From positions 1-33,104 of IMG/VR virus record IMGVR_UViG_3300037484_000322: DNA of 33,104 nucleotides. The stretch is one strand, 5' to 3'. The notes under the pieces are model-generated. The model worked only from the letters and a program-made list of their open reading frames with translations, had not been told where the DNA came from and made no database searches. A program made the position numbers and the translations under genes. The stretch is from a virus (Duplodnaviria > Caudoviricetes). Shown piece after piece: positions 9,746 through 18,064 of the stretch (its first letter is position 1; each line of letters starts with the position of its first letter).

Positions 9746-10965
9746 TGAATTACCCATTTCCTTATACCAAGTTCCGTGCCTTCGTTGATACCACGAATCT
9801 TCCCCTCGTGGGTGGAAAGCTCTATGCGTTCGAGATCAATACGGCCACCCCGAAAGCCTTATACGCTGACTCGACGACTGGTACTCCACTGGCCCATCCC
9901 GTTGTCTTAGATAGTAATGGTGAGGCCACGATTTACGGCGTGGGCACGTATGATTTGCGGCTTGATGATGCTGACGATGTGGCTCAATGGACGGCAGACG
10001 ATATCACGTTTGAATCGACCACAGGGGTCACAATCAATACGACCGTTGAGTGGGTGGATAGTACCGCAGCAACGTATATCTCTGCAAATAGCTTTACGGT
10101 GGTCGGAGACCAGACGGCAACGTTTCTCGTCAACCGTCGAGTGAAGTGCGTCCGAACCGCCACGACCGTCTACGGGACCGTCACGGCCTCTGCGTACACG
10201 ACCACGACACTCGTGACCGTCCTATTGGACTCTGGAACGCTTGATACGGACCTCACCACGGCATCTGTGGGTCTTCTGACACCAACAAATGACTCTCTTC
10301 CCCGGATTGTCGCTCGATTGGCTGCAAATAATACCTTTGCTGGGGCTAATACGTTTCAAGGAGCCACTGTTATTGATGATACGCTGAATGTCACAGGAAA
10401 TGTTGACATTGATGCAAATCTCAATGTTGATGGTTCTGCGGTCATTGACACCACATTGAGTGTGGGAACGAATCTGACTGTGGCTGGAACGGCTGACGTG
10501 ACTGGCGCTGCGACTGTGGGTGGCACTCTTGAAGTCACTGGAGCCATTACCGGGGATGCGGCTTCGACCTTAGCGTCCCTTGGAGTGGGGGTGGCTGCCC
10601 CAGCCGCAGGGATTATTCAAAGCTCTGGGAATATCGTGGCAGGAGGGCTGGTTTCGGCTGCGAATGGGTATACGCAACCTGGAACAGGCGGGGAGACCCT
10701 CAAGATGATTCGAGGGATCGTGGACTCAGCAGGAGCCGTGATTGAGGGGTCTGGGTTTACCGCAGTACGCAACTCAACAGGGAATTATACCATCACTTTT
10801 AGTACGGCATTTAGTGATATTCCCTCTTTTTTCCTCAAAGCAGTAAATTCACTCGATGAGTCTTATATTGTTTCTGCTTCATCGTCACAGGTGAATTATA
10901 TTATTGATAATGGGTCTGGGGCTGTCAATGCCGATCACCACATTATCGCAGTCGGTCCAAAGTAA
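9745..10965 (+). CDS. Tailspike/tail fibre with N-terminal head-binding domain
   Basis: N-terminal 'PLVGGKLY..E..T.TPKA.Y.D.....HPVVLDSNGEA', central hexapeptide beta repeats (TLNVTG/NLNVDG/NLTVAG) and C-terminal 'RNSTGNYTITFSTAF..IP'. Confidence 0.8.
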   Translation: MNYPFPYTKFRAFVDTTNLPLVGGKLYAFEINTATPKALYADSTTGTPLAHPVVLDSNGEATIYGVGTYDLRLDDADDVAQWTADDITFESTTGVTINTTVEWVDSTAATYISANSFTVVGDQTATFLVNRRVKCVRTATTVYGTVTASAYTTTTLVTVLLDSGTLDTDLTTASVGLLTPTNDSLPRIVARLAANNTFAGANTFQGATVIDDTLNVTGNVDIDANLNVDGSAVIDTTLSVGTNLTVAGTADVTGAATVGGTLEVTGAITGDAASTLASLGVGVAAPAAGIIQSSGNIVAGGLVSAANGYTQPGTGGETLKMIRGIVDSAGAVIEGSGFTAVRNSTGNYTITFSTAFSDIPSFFLKAVNSLDESYIVSASSSQVNYIIDNGSGAVNADHHIIAVGPK

Positions 10966-10976
10966 CGGAGGAAAGA

Positions 10977-11183
10977 ATGGATGCGATCTTGATTGGAACA
11001 GTTTTTACGCTGGTCTTTGGCGGGTTTGGGTATACCTACTTGGTGGAGAGAAATATCCAAGAACGAATTAAAGATATGCCCGACAAAGATGATATACAGG
11101 ATTTACGAGAACGGGTCAATACACTCTATGAACATCTGCTTGATCGACCCATGCCTGAAATACGAAAGAAGGTGGTCAAATAA
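10977..11183 (+). CDS. Small membrane-anchored coiled-coil protein (lysis cassette candidate)
   Basis: RBS GGAGG. One N-terminal TM segment followed by a charged coiled coil; adjacent to the holin. Confidence 0.5.
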   Translation: MDAILIGTVFTLVFGGFGYTYLVERNIQERIKDMPDKDDIQDLRERVNTLYEHLLDRPMPEIRKKVVK

Positions 11184-11575
11184 TGATCCTTGATGTCGCT
11201 GTCTCTCTTGCTGGATTGATTGTTCCTGGTGTCTTCGACTTCATCAAGAAGAAATTTATTAAGAGCGAGTCAGACACCCCTGAGCGCACGATGGGCTCCC
11301 TGGCAACCACGAAGCCCGAAGTCTTGCCCGCTTATACGAATGCGTTGGCAACCCTCATGCAAGCCCAGACGGACTTCTTCAATCGAGACGTGATCGGCAC
11401 TCCCTCGTTTTGGGTGAGAGACCTTCGATCAGCGATTCGACCAATCGTTGTCGTGGTAGGGCTACTCAGCATCGGACTTGATGCCTACACAGTCATCTTC
11501 CTCACGGATGGGACGAGACTATTCTTTGAGGCGGTGGTGTCAACGTGGATGGGTGACCGGCTGGGTAGGAAGTAA
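11183..11575 (+). CDS. Holin, 3TM (GTA-type) family
   Basis: Motif 'S.WV...R..IRP' followed by hydrophobic segments; at the end of the late operon. Confidence 0.65.
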   Translation: MILDVAVSLAGLIVPGVFDFIKKKFIKSESDTPERTMGSLATTKPEVLPAYTNALATLMQAQTDFFNRDVIGTPSFWVRDLRSAIRPIVVVVGLLSIGLDAYTVIFLTDGTRLFFEAVVSTWMGDRLGRK

Positions 11576-11576
11576 G

Positions 11577-11792
11577 ATGAGCGTGCTGACCACCATGACG
11601 TGTGATCGGTGTCATCTTCCTTTTAAGGGATTTGTTGTAGGCAGCTTTACGGCAGGATTCTATGCTCGTGGGCCTTCGGGGACTGGGTGGGAGAAATGGA
11701 TGTCCCCAGAAGAGAAGATCGTGTGTGACCTCTGTATGCAGTCTGACCCTCGGTATGTGGCAATCTACGGCCCACTCCCAGACGTAGACTAA
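11577..11792 (+). CDS. Small CxxC...CxxC zinc-finger protein
   Basis: ATG at 11577, just after the holin stop. Contains CDRC and CDLC; 71 aa. Confidence 0.55.
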   Translation: MSVLTTMTCDRCHLPFKGFVVGSFTAGFYARGPSGTGWEKWMSPEEKIVCDLCMQSDPRYVAIYGPLPDVD

Positions 11793-11796
11793 GGCA

Positions 11797-11889
11797 TTAC
11801 TTAAACCGTTTGTTCACTTCAACACACACGATATAAGCAAACCAGAGTATCCCAGCCACCACGATTGCGATAAATGATTCGACTGACAT
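11797..11889 (-). CDS. 30-aa single-TM micropeptide
   Basis: MSVESFIAIVVAGILWFAYIVCVEVNKRFK; TAATG overlap with the DUF4326 stop. Confidence 0.5.
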   Translation of the reverse strand: MSVESFIAIVVAGILWFAYIVCVEVNKRFK

Positions 11890-12182
11890 TAGACTGTCCC
11901 CCCATTAGCTACATTGAGCAGTACGTCACCGTGGCATTTTTGTGGGCTACACCAGCATAACAGCGACTTCCCCTTGAGTTCTTCTTGTGCAGCTTGAATC
12001 AACTCAGGATGCTTCTTCAAGTATTCTTTATATCGCATGAGGACATGATCTCTGTCCCCATCTCTTCCGATCTCATACGGGTTTCCCCACTTTGTCGGAC
12101 GACCGATATAGACGGCTTTGTGACACCGATCTTTACAATCACAGAGCAGCCGATGCTTCCTTCTATTTAGGACTTTGGGCAC
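11889..12182 (-). CDS. DUF4326 family protein
   Basis: Motifs 'VYIGRPTKWGNPY.IGRDG.R' and 'ELKGK.L.CWC.P..CHGDVL'. Confidence 0.9.
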   Translation of the reverse strand: MPKVLNRRKHRLLCDCKDRCHKAVYIGRPTKWGNPYEIGRDGDRDHVLMRYKEYLKKHPELIQAAQEELKGKSLLCWCSPQKCHGDVLLNVANGGTV

Positions 12183-12451
12183 GAAAACTCTCGAAGAACG
12201 TGATGTATTTTAAGGATTGAACATCGAGGAATGGTCATATCATTCCCCGCCGAATGAGGGTTACAGCCCGGCTCATACGCAAGATTCATCGCAAGAGTCA
12301 CCGCTTTCTTTGTTGAAGCCATAAGATACCCCGCTGTGCGGCACTGTAGGGGCTTCTGAGCTTCCGATCCGAAGTCATCTATCCCCCGCCACGGCTTCCC
12401 TGTACTTGATGAATCAACCCAGTCGATCACCACAAGCGTATAGGGTTTCAT
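12167..12451 (-). CDS. Conserved phage hypothetical protein
   Basis: Pattern 'V.IDW.DS....W...C.T.GYL......IP...I' is common in phage small proteins; ATGA coupling. Confidence 0.6.
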   Translation of the reverse strand: MKPYTLVVIDWVDSSSTGKPWRGIDDFGSEAQKPLQCRTAGYLMASTKKAVTLAMNLAYEPGCNPHSAGNDMTIPRCSILKIHHVLREFSCPKS

Positions 12452-12594
12452 AGATAGAATGACTCAATCTTGAGTTTATGACCAGAAAGAGCATAATCTT
12501 TGAATACACCTAATCCTTTCCTCGTTGTTGCCGTGCTGATAACAGGGTGCAATCGGCAGTCAGCGTGAGTGCAAAACATGATCCAGATTTTCAT
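12448..12594 (-). CDS. 48-aa hypothetical microprotein
   Basis: MKIWIMFCTHADCRLHP...ESFYL; ATGA overlaps on both sides. Confidence 0.5.
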   Translation of the reverse strand: MKIWIMFCTHADCRLHPVISTATTRKGLGVFKDYALSGHKLKIESFYL

Positions 12595-12713
12595 TGTTTC
12601 CCCCATCTACCAATTAGTATGACTAATAGAAACCACGACCCACTGTGGCCTTTCCAAAAGACCACATAAGAGCATCCGATAAGCAAAGTTAAATTCCATA
12701 TTAGATAAATCAT
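12591..12713 (-). CDS. 40-aa membrane microprotein
   Basis: MIYLIWNLTLLIGCSYVVFWKGHSGSWFLLVILIGRWGKQ; ATGA overlaps on both sides. Confidence 0.55.
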   Translation of the reverse strand: MIYLIWNLTLLIGCSYVVFWKGHSGSWFLLVILIGRWGKQ

Positions 12714-13153
12714 TGGATAATTCTCCATACTCCAACACCAGATTTCCATGCGGTCCAGCACGCACCGCTTTTGATATGGGCTGGGTTTCTTCCTTTACAG
12801 TGGTAACATCCAGTAAATCTCATTCCACGATAATTCTTGGGATACTTCTCAACCACAATAACAAGAACACGGTCTGAAGCATTCGCAATCCGAAGATTAC
12901 GTTCCTTAAATCCATTGATCCCGCCCCATGTGTGCTCATCAGGGGCGTAAATTTTAGTTGGAACATTGCAGAGAGCAGCAATTTCTTCTGCCCAGATATC
13001 AACACCACCCATTGGTGAATGCCCAGAAACAATATACTCTGGACGCAATTCTTGAATAATCGTCAAGATGGCTTCTCGTGCAAGCCGTTCAGTTCTCTTG
13101 TCAAATTTTTCTGAAGCATGTCCTATAATGCCCAGATTACAAACTTGGGTCAT
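12710..13153 (-). CDS. SLOG superfamily (YspA/DprA-like) nucleotide-binding protein
   Basis: Motifs 'IVSGH...GGVDIWAEE.A', 'FKERN..IA..SD.V' and 'SGA..T'. Confidence 0.7.
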   Translation of the reverse strand: MTQVCNLGIIGHASEKFDKRTERLAREAILTIIQELRPEYIVSGHSPMGGVDIWAEEIAALCNVPTKIYAPDEHTWGGINGFKERNLRIANASDRVLVIVVEKYPKNYRGMRFTGCYHCKGRNPAHIKSGACWTAWKSGVGVWRIIQ

Positions 13154-13439
13154 CTGTGGCTTCCGAGTGGTAGAATCCTTTTTCTAACTTCGTGATTTCC
13201 TCAGCCTTCTTCACTAACTCTGCATCGACAAGCCTGACCTCAACCACACCCAATCGTGACAAGACGGACTCAACCGACTTATTAAAGTGATTCACCACTG
13301 AAAGCAAGACAGAACCCTGGTAATCTGGTGATTTATCAGTCGGTAGATGCTCGATGAGGGTGTCAATGAGTGCTTTGTGGATTCGCACCACATGGGTTTC
13401 TATTTCATTGACTTGCCGATAGAATTCTAAATCATCCAT
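13137..13439 (-). CDS. Hypothetical protein
   Basis: 100-aa helical ORF overlapping its neighbours; RBS GGAG before the ATG at 13439. Confidence 0.55.
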   Translation of the reverse strand: MDDLEFYRQVNEIETHVVRIHKALIDTLIEHLPTDKSPDYQGSVLLSVVNHFNKSVESVLSRLGVVEVRLVDAELVKKAEEITKLEKGFYHSEATDDPSL

Positions 13440-13893
13440 TTGGGTACTCCGTATCTGCATAAACCGGGATAAACTCAAGTTCTAAGTATTCATGTCCCTC
13501 TTCAGTTGTTCTTTTTGAAATAGTAAATCCACCAGTAGAACACGCATTGGCTGAATGATCTCGGATAGAAGAGTAGAGATCACGCACCGTCTTTTTCATG
13601 TTCTCGACAGTAGGAATCTCTTCAGAGCCATGCCAATACCAGTCCAGCACAGTCATAATCTTATGTACTTTCTTAAAATTAAATCGAGAAATCAAATCTT
13701 CAATATCCATTGTTTTTTTCACCCTTTGTCGCATGGCAGCAAGAGTTTTAATTGCTTCATCTAACGCAAAACATGGCCGTTGCCATACGGGATAATCTTG
13801 AACATCAGCGATCAATCGTTCCAACGCTAGTATCAGTTCGTGATACTCTTCTTGAAGAGCTTGGTATTCGTCTAGCAGTTCAGCATCATTCAT
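13432..13893 (-). CDS. Hypothetical protein (coiled coil plus 'FNFKKVHKIM..LDW.W' domain)
   Basis: RBS GGAG before the ATG at 13893; tightly packed in the operon. Confidence 0.6.
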   Translation of the reverse strand: MNDAELLDEYQALQEEYHELILALERLIADVQDYPVWQRPCFALDEAIKTLAAMRQRVKKTMDIEDLISRFNFKKVHKIMTVLDWYWHGSEEIPTVENMKKTVRDLYSSIRDHSANACSTGGFTISKRTTEEGHEYLELEFIPVYADTEYPNG

Positions 13894-14380
13894 CTTTATT
13901 CTCCACCGCAAAAGAGTGCGGAGTGACCTCACGAAGCCAATTGGGAATCTTCGCCGCATACCGCTCATCAAATTCTTCTATGGCTTCCGGCCAAGCAAAT
14001 CCATCGAGTGGATCATGCTCACTCGGAGACTGCACTGTAATCGCACGATCATCAAAGAAGCAAATGATGGATGCCGGTTTCAGGTAAGGCCAGACATAAT
14101 CCAGGGGGATATCATGCTGTACACCCCAGGCGTAGATATCAGCCACGATCTTATTCACATTCTGGAATTTCCCATCCAGCCCAGAGATATGTGTTCTGGT
14201 TGTGAACACCATAATCTTGAGACCGAGACTCTTCAAGTAGAGCACCGCGTCTCTTGCCCCTGGTCTTGGAAGCCCAAATCCAGGGTACTGGTGGTCTTCC
14301 ATCAACGTCCCATCCAAGTCAATGGCAACCCACGGCCAATCGGTCGTTTGGAGCGTCACAGGTTTTTTTTCGTTAGGCAT
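13886..14380 (-). CDS. HAD-superfamily phosphatase
   Basis: Motif I 'AIDLDGTL', motif II 'FTTR', 'KP' and motif IV 'FDDRA'. Confidence 0.85.
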   Translation of the reverse strand: MPNEKKPVTLQTTDWPWVAIDLDGTLMEDHQYPGFGLPRPGARDAVLYLKSLGLKIMVFTTRTHISGLDGKFQNVNKIVADIYAWGVQHDIPLDYVWPYLKPASIICFFDDRAITVQSPSEHDPLDGFAWPEAIEEFDERYAAKIPNWLREVTPHSFAVENKDE

Positions 14381-14570
14381 TATCAAACACCCCTTGGACT
14401 GTAGAATTGACGTCGATAATATCATAACCCTTGTTCGTAGCAGTTTTTGAAAGCAGTCTATCAAGCAATTCAGCTTTTGCTGCCCCGGCCTCTAGTGCAT
14501 CAGAGAGGCATTCATGCTCTTCATCAAGAGAAACCCAAATCTTCACCATAATTTGCGTTGTCACGTTCAT
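14373..14570 (-). CDS. Hypothetical protein
   Basis: 65 aa, coupled to its neighbours. Confidence 0.5.
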   Translation of the reverse strand: MNVTTQIMVKIWVSLDEEHECLSDALEAGAAKAELLDRLLSKTATNKGYDIIDVNSTVQGVFDNA

Positions 14571-14716
14571 GCGTAAACCCCCCTTAACACCATGATAGCA
14601 TTGCTGGCAGCAAAGGTCAAGTATAATCCGCCATCAAATGCTCTGTGAGACCAGCCAAACTCCCAGATAGCCGCTCCAAGATACAGCGGTATCGTTATTA
14701 AAAGTACCAGATTCAT
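14567..14716 (-). CDS. 49-aa membrane microprotein
   Basis: MNLVLLITIPLYLGAAIWEFGW...IMVLRGVYA; TAATG and ATGA overlaps. Confidence 0.5.
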   Translation of the reverse strand: MNLVLLITIPLYLGAAIWEFGWSHRAFDGGLYLTFAASNAIMVLRGVYA

Positions 14717-15123
14717 TAGAATGGTAAATCCTCTTCTGTTCTAAATCCCGGTATCTGTCGTGTTGACATTTCTGTAATCAAACGACCAGCGGCACCAGGA
14801 GTAGGTCGGTCATCATCGAGGTTTCCCGTAGCCTCAGCGTCCAGCAGGATACCCATACAGGCGGCAACATGGGCCGTATGGGGCTGTCCACTCTCAGGAT
14901 CAATCGTTTCACCATCAAGATAAGACAGTAGATGACGCATAGCTGCCTCAGCATAAATGGTAGCGAGAACCTTATTGCCTCTCCAATTGAAACGACCGTA
15001 CTTCTTGGCACCCAATTCCATGACTTTCGCCACGTAGAGCATGAGTGGCGGTGGAACCAAGCTAAGTCGAGGCTTTGTCAGGCCCAGAATGTCTTTTGGA
15101 TTCACTCCTAATCCCTCCCGCAT
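14716..15123 (-). CDS. DUF5664 / dATP-dGTP diphosphohydrolase N-terminal domain protein
   Basis: Motifs 'NPKD..G..K..LSLVP', 'GAKKYG.FNWR' and 'AAMRHL..Y.DGE..DPESG.PH.AH'. Confidence 0.85.
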   Translation of the reverse strand: MREGLGVNPKDILGLTKPRLSLVPPPLMLYVAKVMELGAKKYGRFNWRGNKVLATIYAEAAMRHLLSYLDGETIDPESGQPHTAHVAACMGILLDAEATGNLDDDRPTPGAAGRLITEMSTRQIPGFRTEEDLPF

Positions 15124-15339
15124 TTAACTCTCTCCTGGCGTCTGCTCAGGTGCTTCCTTCTGTTCTAGTTCTGATTGCACCGCAGCCTCGGTATCTACGG
15201 CCTCGGTTTGTCCTTTTGTCGCTGTAGAAAGGGCCTGAACAAGGCGATAGAGAGACTGTTCAACAACCATGATCCTAAGTTCATGGTTCTTTAAGACCGC
15301 CATCATATCCACACGAATCTTTTTAATTGGTTTAGGCAT
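15124..15339 (-). CDS. Hypothetical protein
   Basis: RBS AAGGAG; 71 aa with an acidic tail. Confidence 0.55.
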   Translation of the reverse strand: MPKPIKKIRVDMMAVLKNHELRIMVVEQSLYRLVQALSTATKGQTEAVDTEAAVQSELEQKEAPEQTPGES

Positions 15340-15348
15340 GACTTCTCC

Positions 15349-15714
15349 TTATACTGATCCCATGAGCGGTTGAGGCCCGTTAAGCCGAGTGATGAGTTCA
15401 TTCTTCAGCTTCACGAGGGTAATAAAATCTGTGAGTGACAGCACGATGTATTCCTTCGTTCGATTCCGCTTGAACGCCAGTGCTGGAAGCAGATTCTTCT
15501 CTTTCGCATTATACTCAGCTTGCTCAAGAGCCGCCCAGATATTCAGCATTTCAACGGCTTTACATTCCACCCCCCACTCGCAGTCATAACCGGAAACATC
15601 AACGCCAGACTCCCCCATGAGGGTAGCTCTCGTATGGTACCCACACGAGTTAAGAGCATCCCTGACTGTATTCTGGAGTTTCCTCCCTTTGGCTTTTGAT
15701 GATTTAATTTTCAT
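15349..15714 (-). CDS. Holliday junction resolvase-like PD-(D/E)XK nuclease
   Basis: Motifs 'SSKAKGR.LQ', 'GESGVDV', 'VECK..E.LNIW.ALEQAE' and 'FKRNR'. Confidence 0.8.
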   Translation of the reverse strand: MKIKSSKAKGRKLQNTVRDALNSCGYHTRATLMGESGVDVSGYDCEWGVECKAVEMLNIWAALEQAEYNAKEKNLLPALAFKRNRTKEYIVLSLTDFITLVKLKNELITRLNGPQPLMGSV

Positions 15715-15857
15715 TGTTTTAACTCAACTAGCGCACGGTGAATCTTCGGTAGCCAGATAGCGAAAAGTTCCGCGAGGCACACTGTAGGATCATGCCCATG
15801 CTGCCCGGTCTCAATTCCGCATTGAGGACAAATAGCACGTTCATCTACGGCTCTCAT
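15711..15857 (-). CDS. 48-aa Zn-binding microprotein
   Basis: MRAVDERAICPQCG....HGH....C; ATGA overlaps on both sides. Confidence 0.5.
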   Translation of the reverse strand: MRAVDERAICPQCGIETGQHGHDPTVCLAELFAIWLPKIHRALVELKQ

Positions 15858-16603
15858 TGCGTTTTCTCCGCTTTCTGACTTCTGTGCCAATTACCGCACT
15901 TTGTACACTGGAACCTTCGATACTTATGGGCTGATGTATAGGAGAAACCACGAGACTGTACTTTAGTATTACCACAATTCGGGCATGAGGGCCTCGTGGT
16001 GAATAATTGGGCATTCACACGAGCCGAGACATACGGGGAAAGTTTCTTGTACACCTTCTCCAGAAGCACAATATCCCGCCTATTATATCTCACCATCTTT
16101 TCAAGTGCCTTCGCATCACCAGCCAAGCACTGTTTCCATAAACCAAACTCAGTCTTGATCTTCTTCCCTATCTTAAAAAACTCCGCTAGATAATCCAGCT
16201 TGTTTGAATTAAATAGAAACTTCCTCTTCGCAATTTTCTTCGTGTCAATCTGAATCACAGGCGGCAATGGAAGCAACCCATGATAGATGGCACGGGCATT
16301 CAGCCAACGAATGTCGAATGAATCTCCGTTATGTGCAACAACCGCATCCGCCCCATCAATCACTCCGCACAGCACTTCCACCACACCCCGGTCATCTGTC
16401 GGAGTGGATGGCGAAACGCATACCGATGTCACCCCACTCTTACCCAGCCATTTCCAACTCGCGCAGATAATCGTGCGTTCCTGCACAATATTATCTGGTG
16501 AGAGGTACCCGAACACCCGCAATCCCCATGAGGTCACAAGATCGGGGAATGTCTCCAAATCATACAGCAAAATTTTAGGCTTATTCACTAGCAATCCCTC
16601 CAC
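15854..16603 (-). CDS. RNase H-like (DEDD) 3'-5' exonuclease with C-terminal Zn ribbon
   Basis: ExoI 'YDLET', ExoII 'AHNGDSFD', 'IDT', ExoIII 'YNRRD'; C-terminal CPNCG...CTKCG. Confidence 0.85.
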   Translation of the reverse strand: MEGLLVNKPKILLYDLETFPDLVTSWGLRVFGYLSPDNIVQERTIICASWKWLGKSGVTSVCVSPSTPTDDRGVVEVLCGVIDGADAVVAHNGDSFDIRWLNARAIYHGLLPLPPVIQIDTKKIAKRKFLFNSNKLDYLAEFFKIGKKIKTEFGLWKQCLAGDAKALEKMVRYNRRDIVLLEKVYKKLSPYVSARVNAQLFTTRPSCPNCGNTKVQSRGFSYTSAHKYRRFQCTKCGNWHRSQKAEKTQ

Positions 16604-16950
16604 ACCCCATTGTCAATCGCCCAAAGTAGAAGATGCTGCTGTTCCCACTTTGTTAAAATTTCCCAAATATCTTTTTCTAAGGTGTATACCCTGCTGTGTC
16701 TCCATTCCGGTTCTAAGCAATGGATCGCTTCATGGATCAGGGTTTTAATGACCTCAACCAGCGTTCCTCCAGATTTCCTTGGGTTAATATACACCCACTG
16801 CCCGTCTTCATCAGCTTCTCCGTGATTTAACGGAGTGTCTAGCTTTTCTCTTGTAAACATGACTCGAATGCGGCCATGTAAATAAGAAGAAATCACTTGA
16901 TCTTTAATCAAGTCCCGCCTTTGACGGCGCTCAGGAGACAGTTTTCTCAT
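16588..16950 (-). CDS. Small zincin-like (HExxH) metallopeptidase-fold protein
   Basis: 'TLIHEAIH' preceded by 'G......VYINP'. Confidence 0.6.
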   Translation of the reverse strand: MRKLSPERRQRRDLIKDQVISSYLHGRIRVMFTREKLDTPLNHGEADEDGQWVYINPRKSGGTLVEVIKTLIHEAIHCLEPEWRHSRVYTLEKDIWEILTKWEQQHLLLWAIDNGVWRDC

Positions 16951-17714
16951 AGTTTACTGACAAGACCGTCAAAGACCCTCTTCGTTTTTGCCTTCTTTTC
17001 TTCTATCGGCTTGAGTAGCACGTCGATAGGATACCGGCCTTCGGGTTGACAGTCAGTGTAGTACGGGCATGTTCTCTGTACTTCATTCTTGTAGATGCCC
17101 ACGCACATCCAGTCGGCGCAGAGTTGGAGTAACATGGGGTCTTTCTTGCTGAGTGCCTTATTGAGTCGTGATGCCTCATTCAGTAATCGCTGCCTGATAT
17201 CAACACGCTCTTGGTCAGTCAACTCAACTTTCCAAGCCACCATTTCTAGCGTCGAAGGCTTCGTCCCATCCCATTTCCGCCCAGCAGTAAAGTAAATGAC
17301 GAAAATGTAGGCTTCTGGACGATCAGCCATCGCCTGATAAGCGGTCACCTGATTCACATAGTTAGGATCAGCTTCTTCCGGGACAGTCCACTTCCGAGAC
17401 GTTTTAATCTCACACAAGAACTGACCGCAGATATCCGCCGTTCCTACAACCCCAGGTAACGTGAGTTTCTTTTCAGCAAACTCAATCCCCAGTGCATCTT
17501 GAACAACCTTATGAAAGGCTTCTCCAGTGATGAAGAACCCGATTGATTCATCTGTGATCCGCTCTCCAAGTGTTCTCGTCCAGTAGGCTTTCCGTGGATT
17601 TAACAACTCAGAGATATGCAGATCACTCCCAAGCTCTCTCCGCTTTGCTAACTGGAGGGCTCGAAGTTTCTGCTTGACAACATCGGCAAAATACTCGTCA
17701 CGCTGGATTCGCAT
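16947..17714 (-). CDS. Cas4-like PD-(D/E)XK exonuclease
   Basis: Motifs 'HISEL..PRKAYW', 'GEAFH', 'GTADI', 'EIKT', 'Q..AY' and a C-terminal Cys cluster. An alternative GTG start exists at 17777. Confidence 0.75.
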   Translation of the reverse strand: MRIQRDEYFADVVKQKLRALQLAKRRELGSDLHISELLNPRKAYWTRTLGERITDESIGFFITGEAFHKVVQDALGIEFAEKKLTLPGVVGTADICGQFLCEIKTSRKWTVPEEADPNYVNQVTAYQAMADRPEAYIFVIYFTAGRKWDGTKPSTLEMVAWKVELTDQERVDIRQRLLNEASRLNKALSKKDPMLLQLCADWMCVGIYKNEVQRTCPYYTDCQPEGRYPIDVLLKPIEEKKAKTKRVFDGLVSKL

Positions 17715-18060
17715 TTTTCCCCATCCTCGGTGGGTATAGACTGGTTTCACACACTTGACATCCTGCCGAAGGCTCACCCTGGCGATACCGGGCAGTCAGG
17801 GCCTCTAACCAAGCCAATGCAACCGCAGCCACCTGAGTCACTTCTGTTTTAAGACCATCATGCTTCTGGTCAAGGATATCCTTCGCAGCCTCTCCCACTT
17901 CCTCAGTGAGAATCGTCAACCATTCTCGGTCTGACAGATGCCGCTGACTTCCCCATTTCGCATCTTGACGGTCTCGTTCATCCAAAACATCTTGTGTCGC
18001 AAACACTTGCTCTTGTGTTGACACAATAGTTTCTATCAGGTAACTGTGGTTGCGTCCCAT
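17698..18060 (-). CDS. MazG-like nucleotide pyrophosphohydrolase
   Basis: Motifs 'ER.RQD.KWG.Q', 'W..IL.EEVGE.AK' and 'E..QVAAVA.AW.E'. Confidence 0.85.
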   Translation of the reverse strand: MGRNHSYLIETIVSTQEQVFATQDVLDERDRQDAKWGSQRHLSDREWLTILTEEVGEAAKDILDQKHDGLKTEVTQVAAVALAWLEALTARYRQGEPSAGCQVCETSLYPPRMGKNANPA

Positions 18061-18064
18061 GAGA

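Noticed and set aside
16947-17714. CRISPR-Cas system suggested by the Cas4-like gene
   Set aside because: No repeat-spacer array or other cas genes. The 19-bp-period boxes at 29827-29882 have no spacers.
14716-18060. Calling this a 2-aminoadenine (Z) genome phage
   Set aside because: DUF5664 and MazG are widespread in phages. No PurZ/adenylosuccinate synthetase motifs or HD dATPase were recognised in the window.
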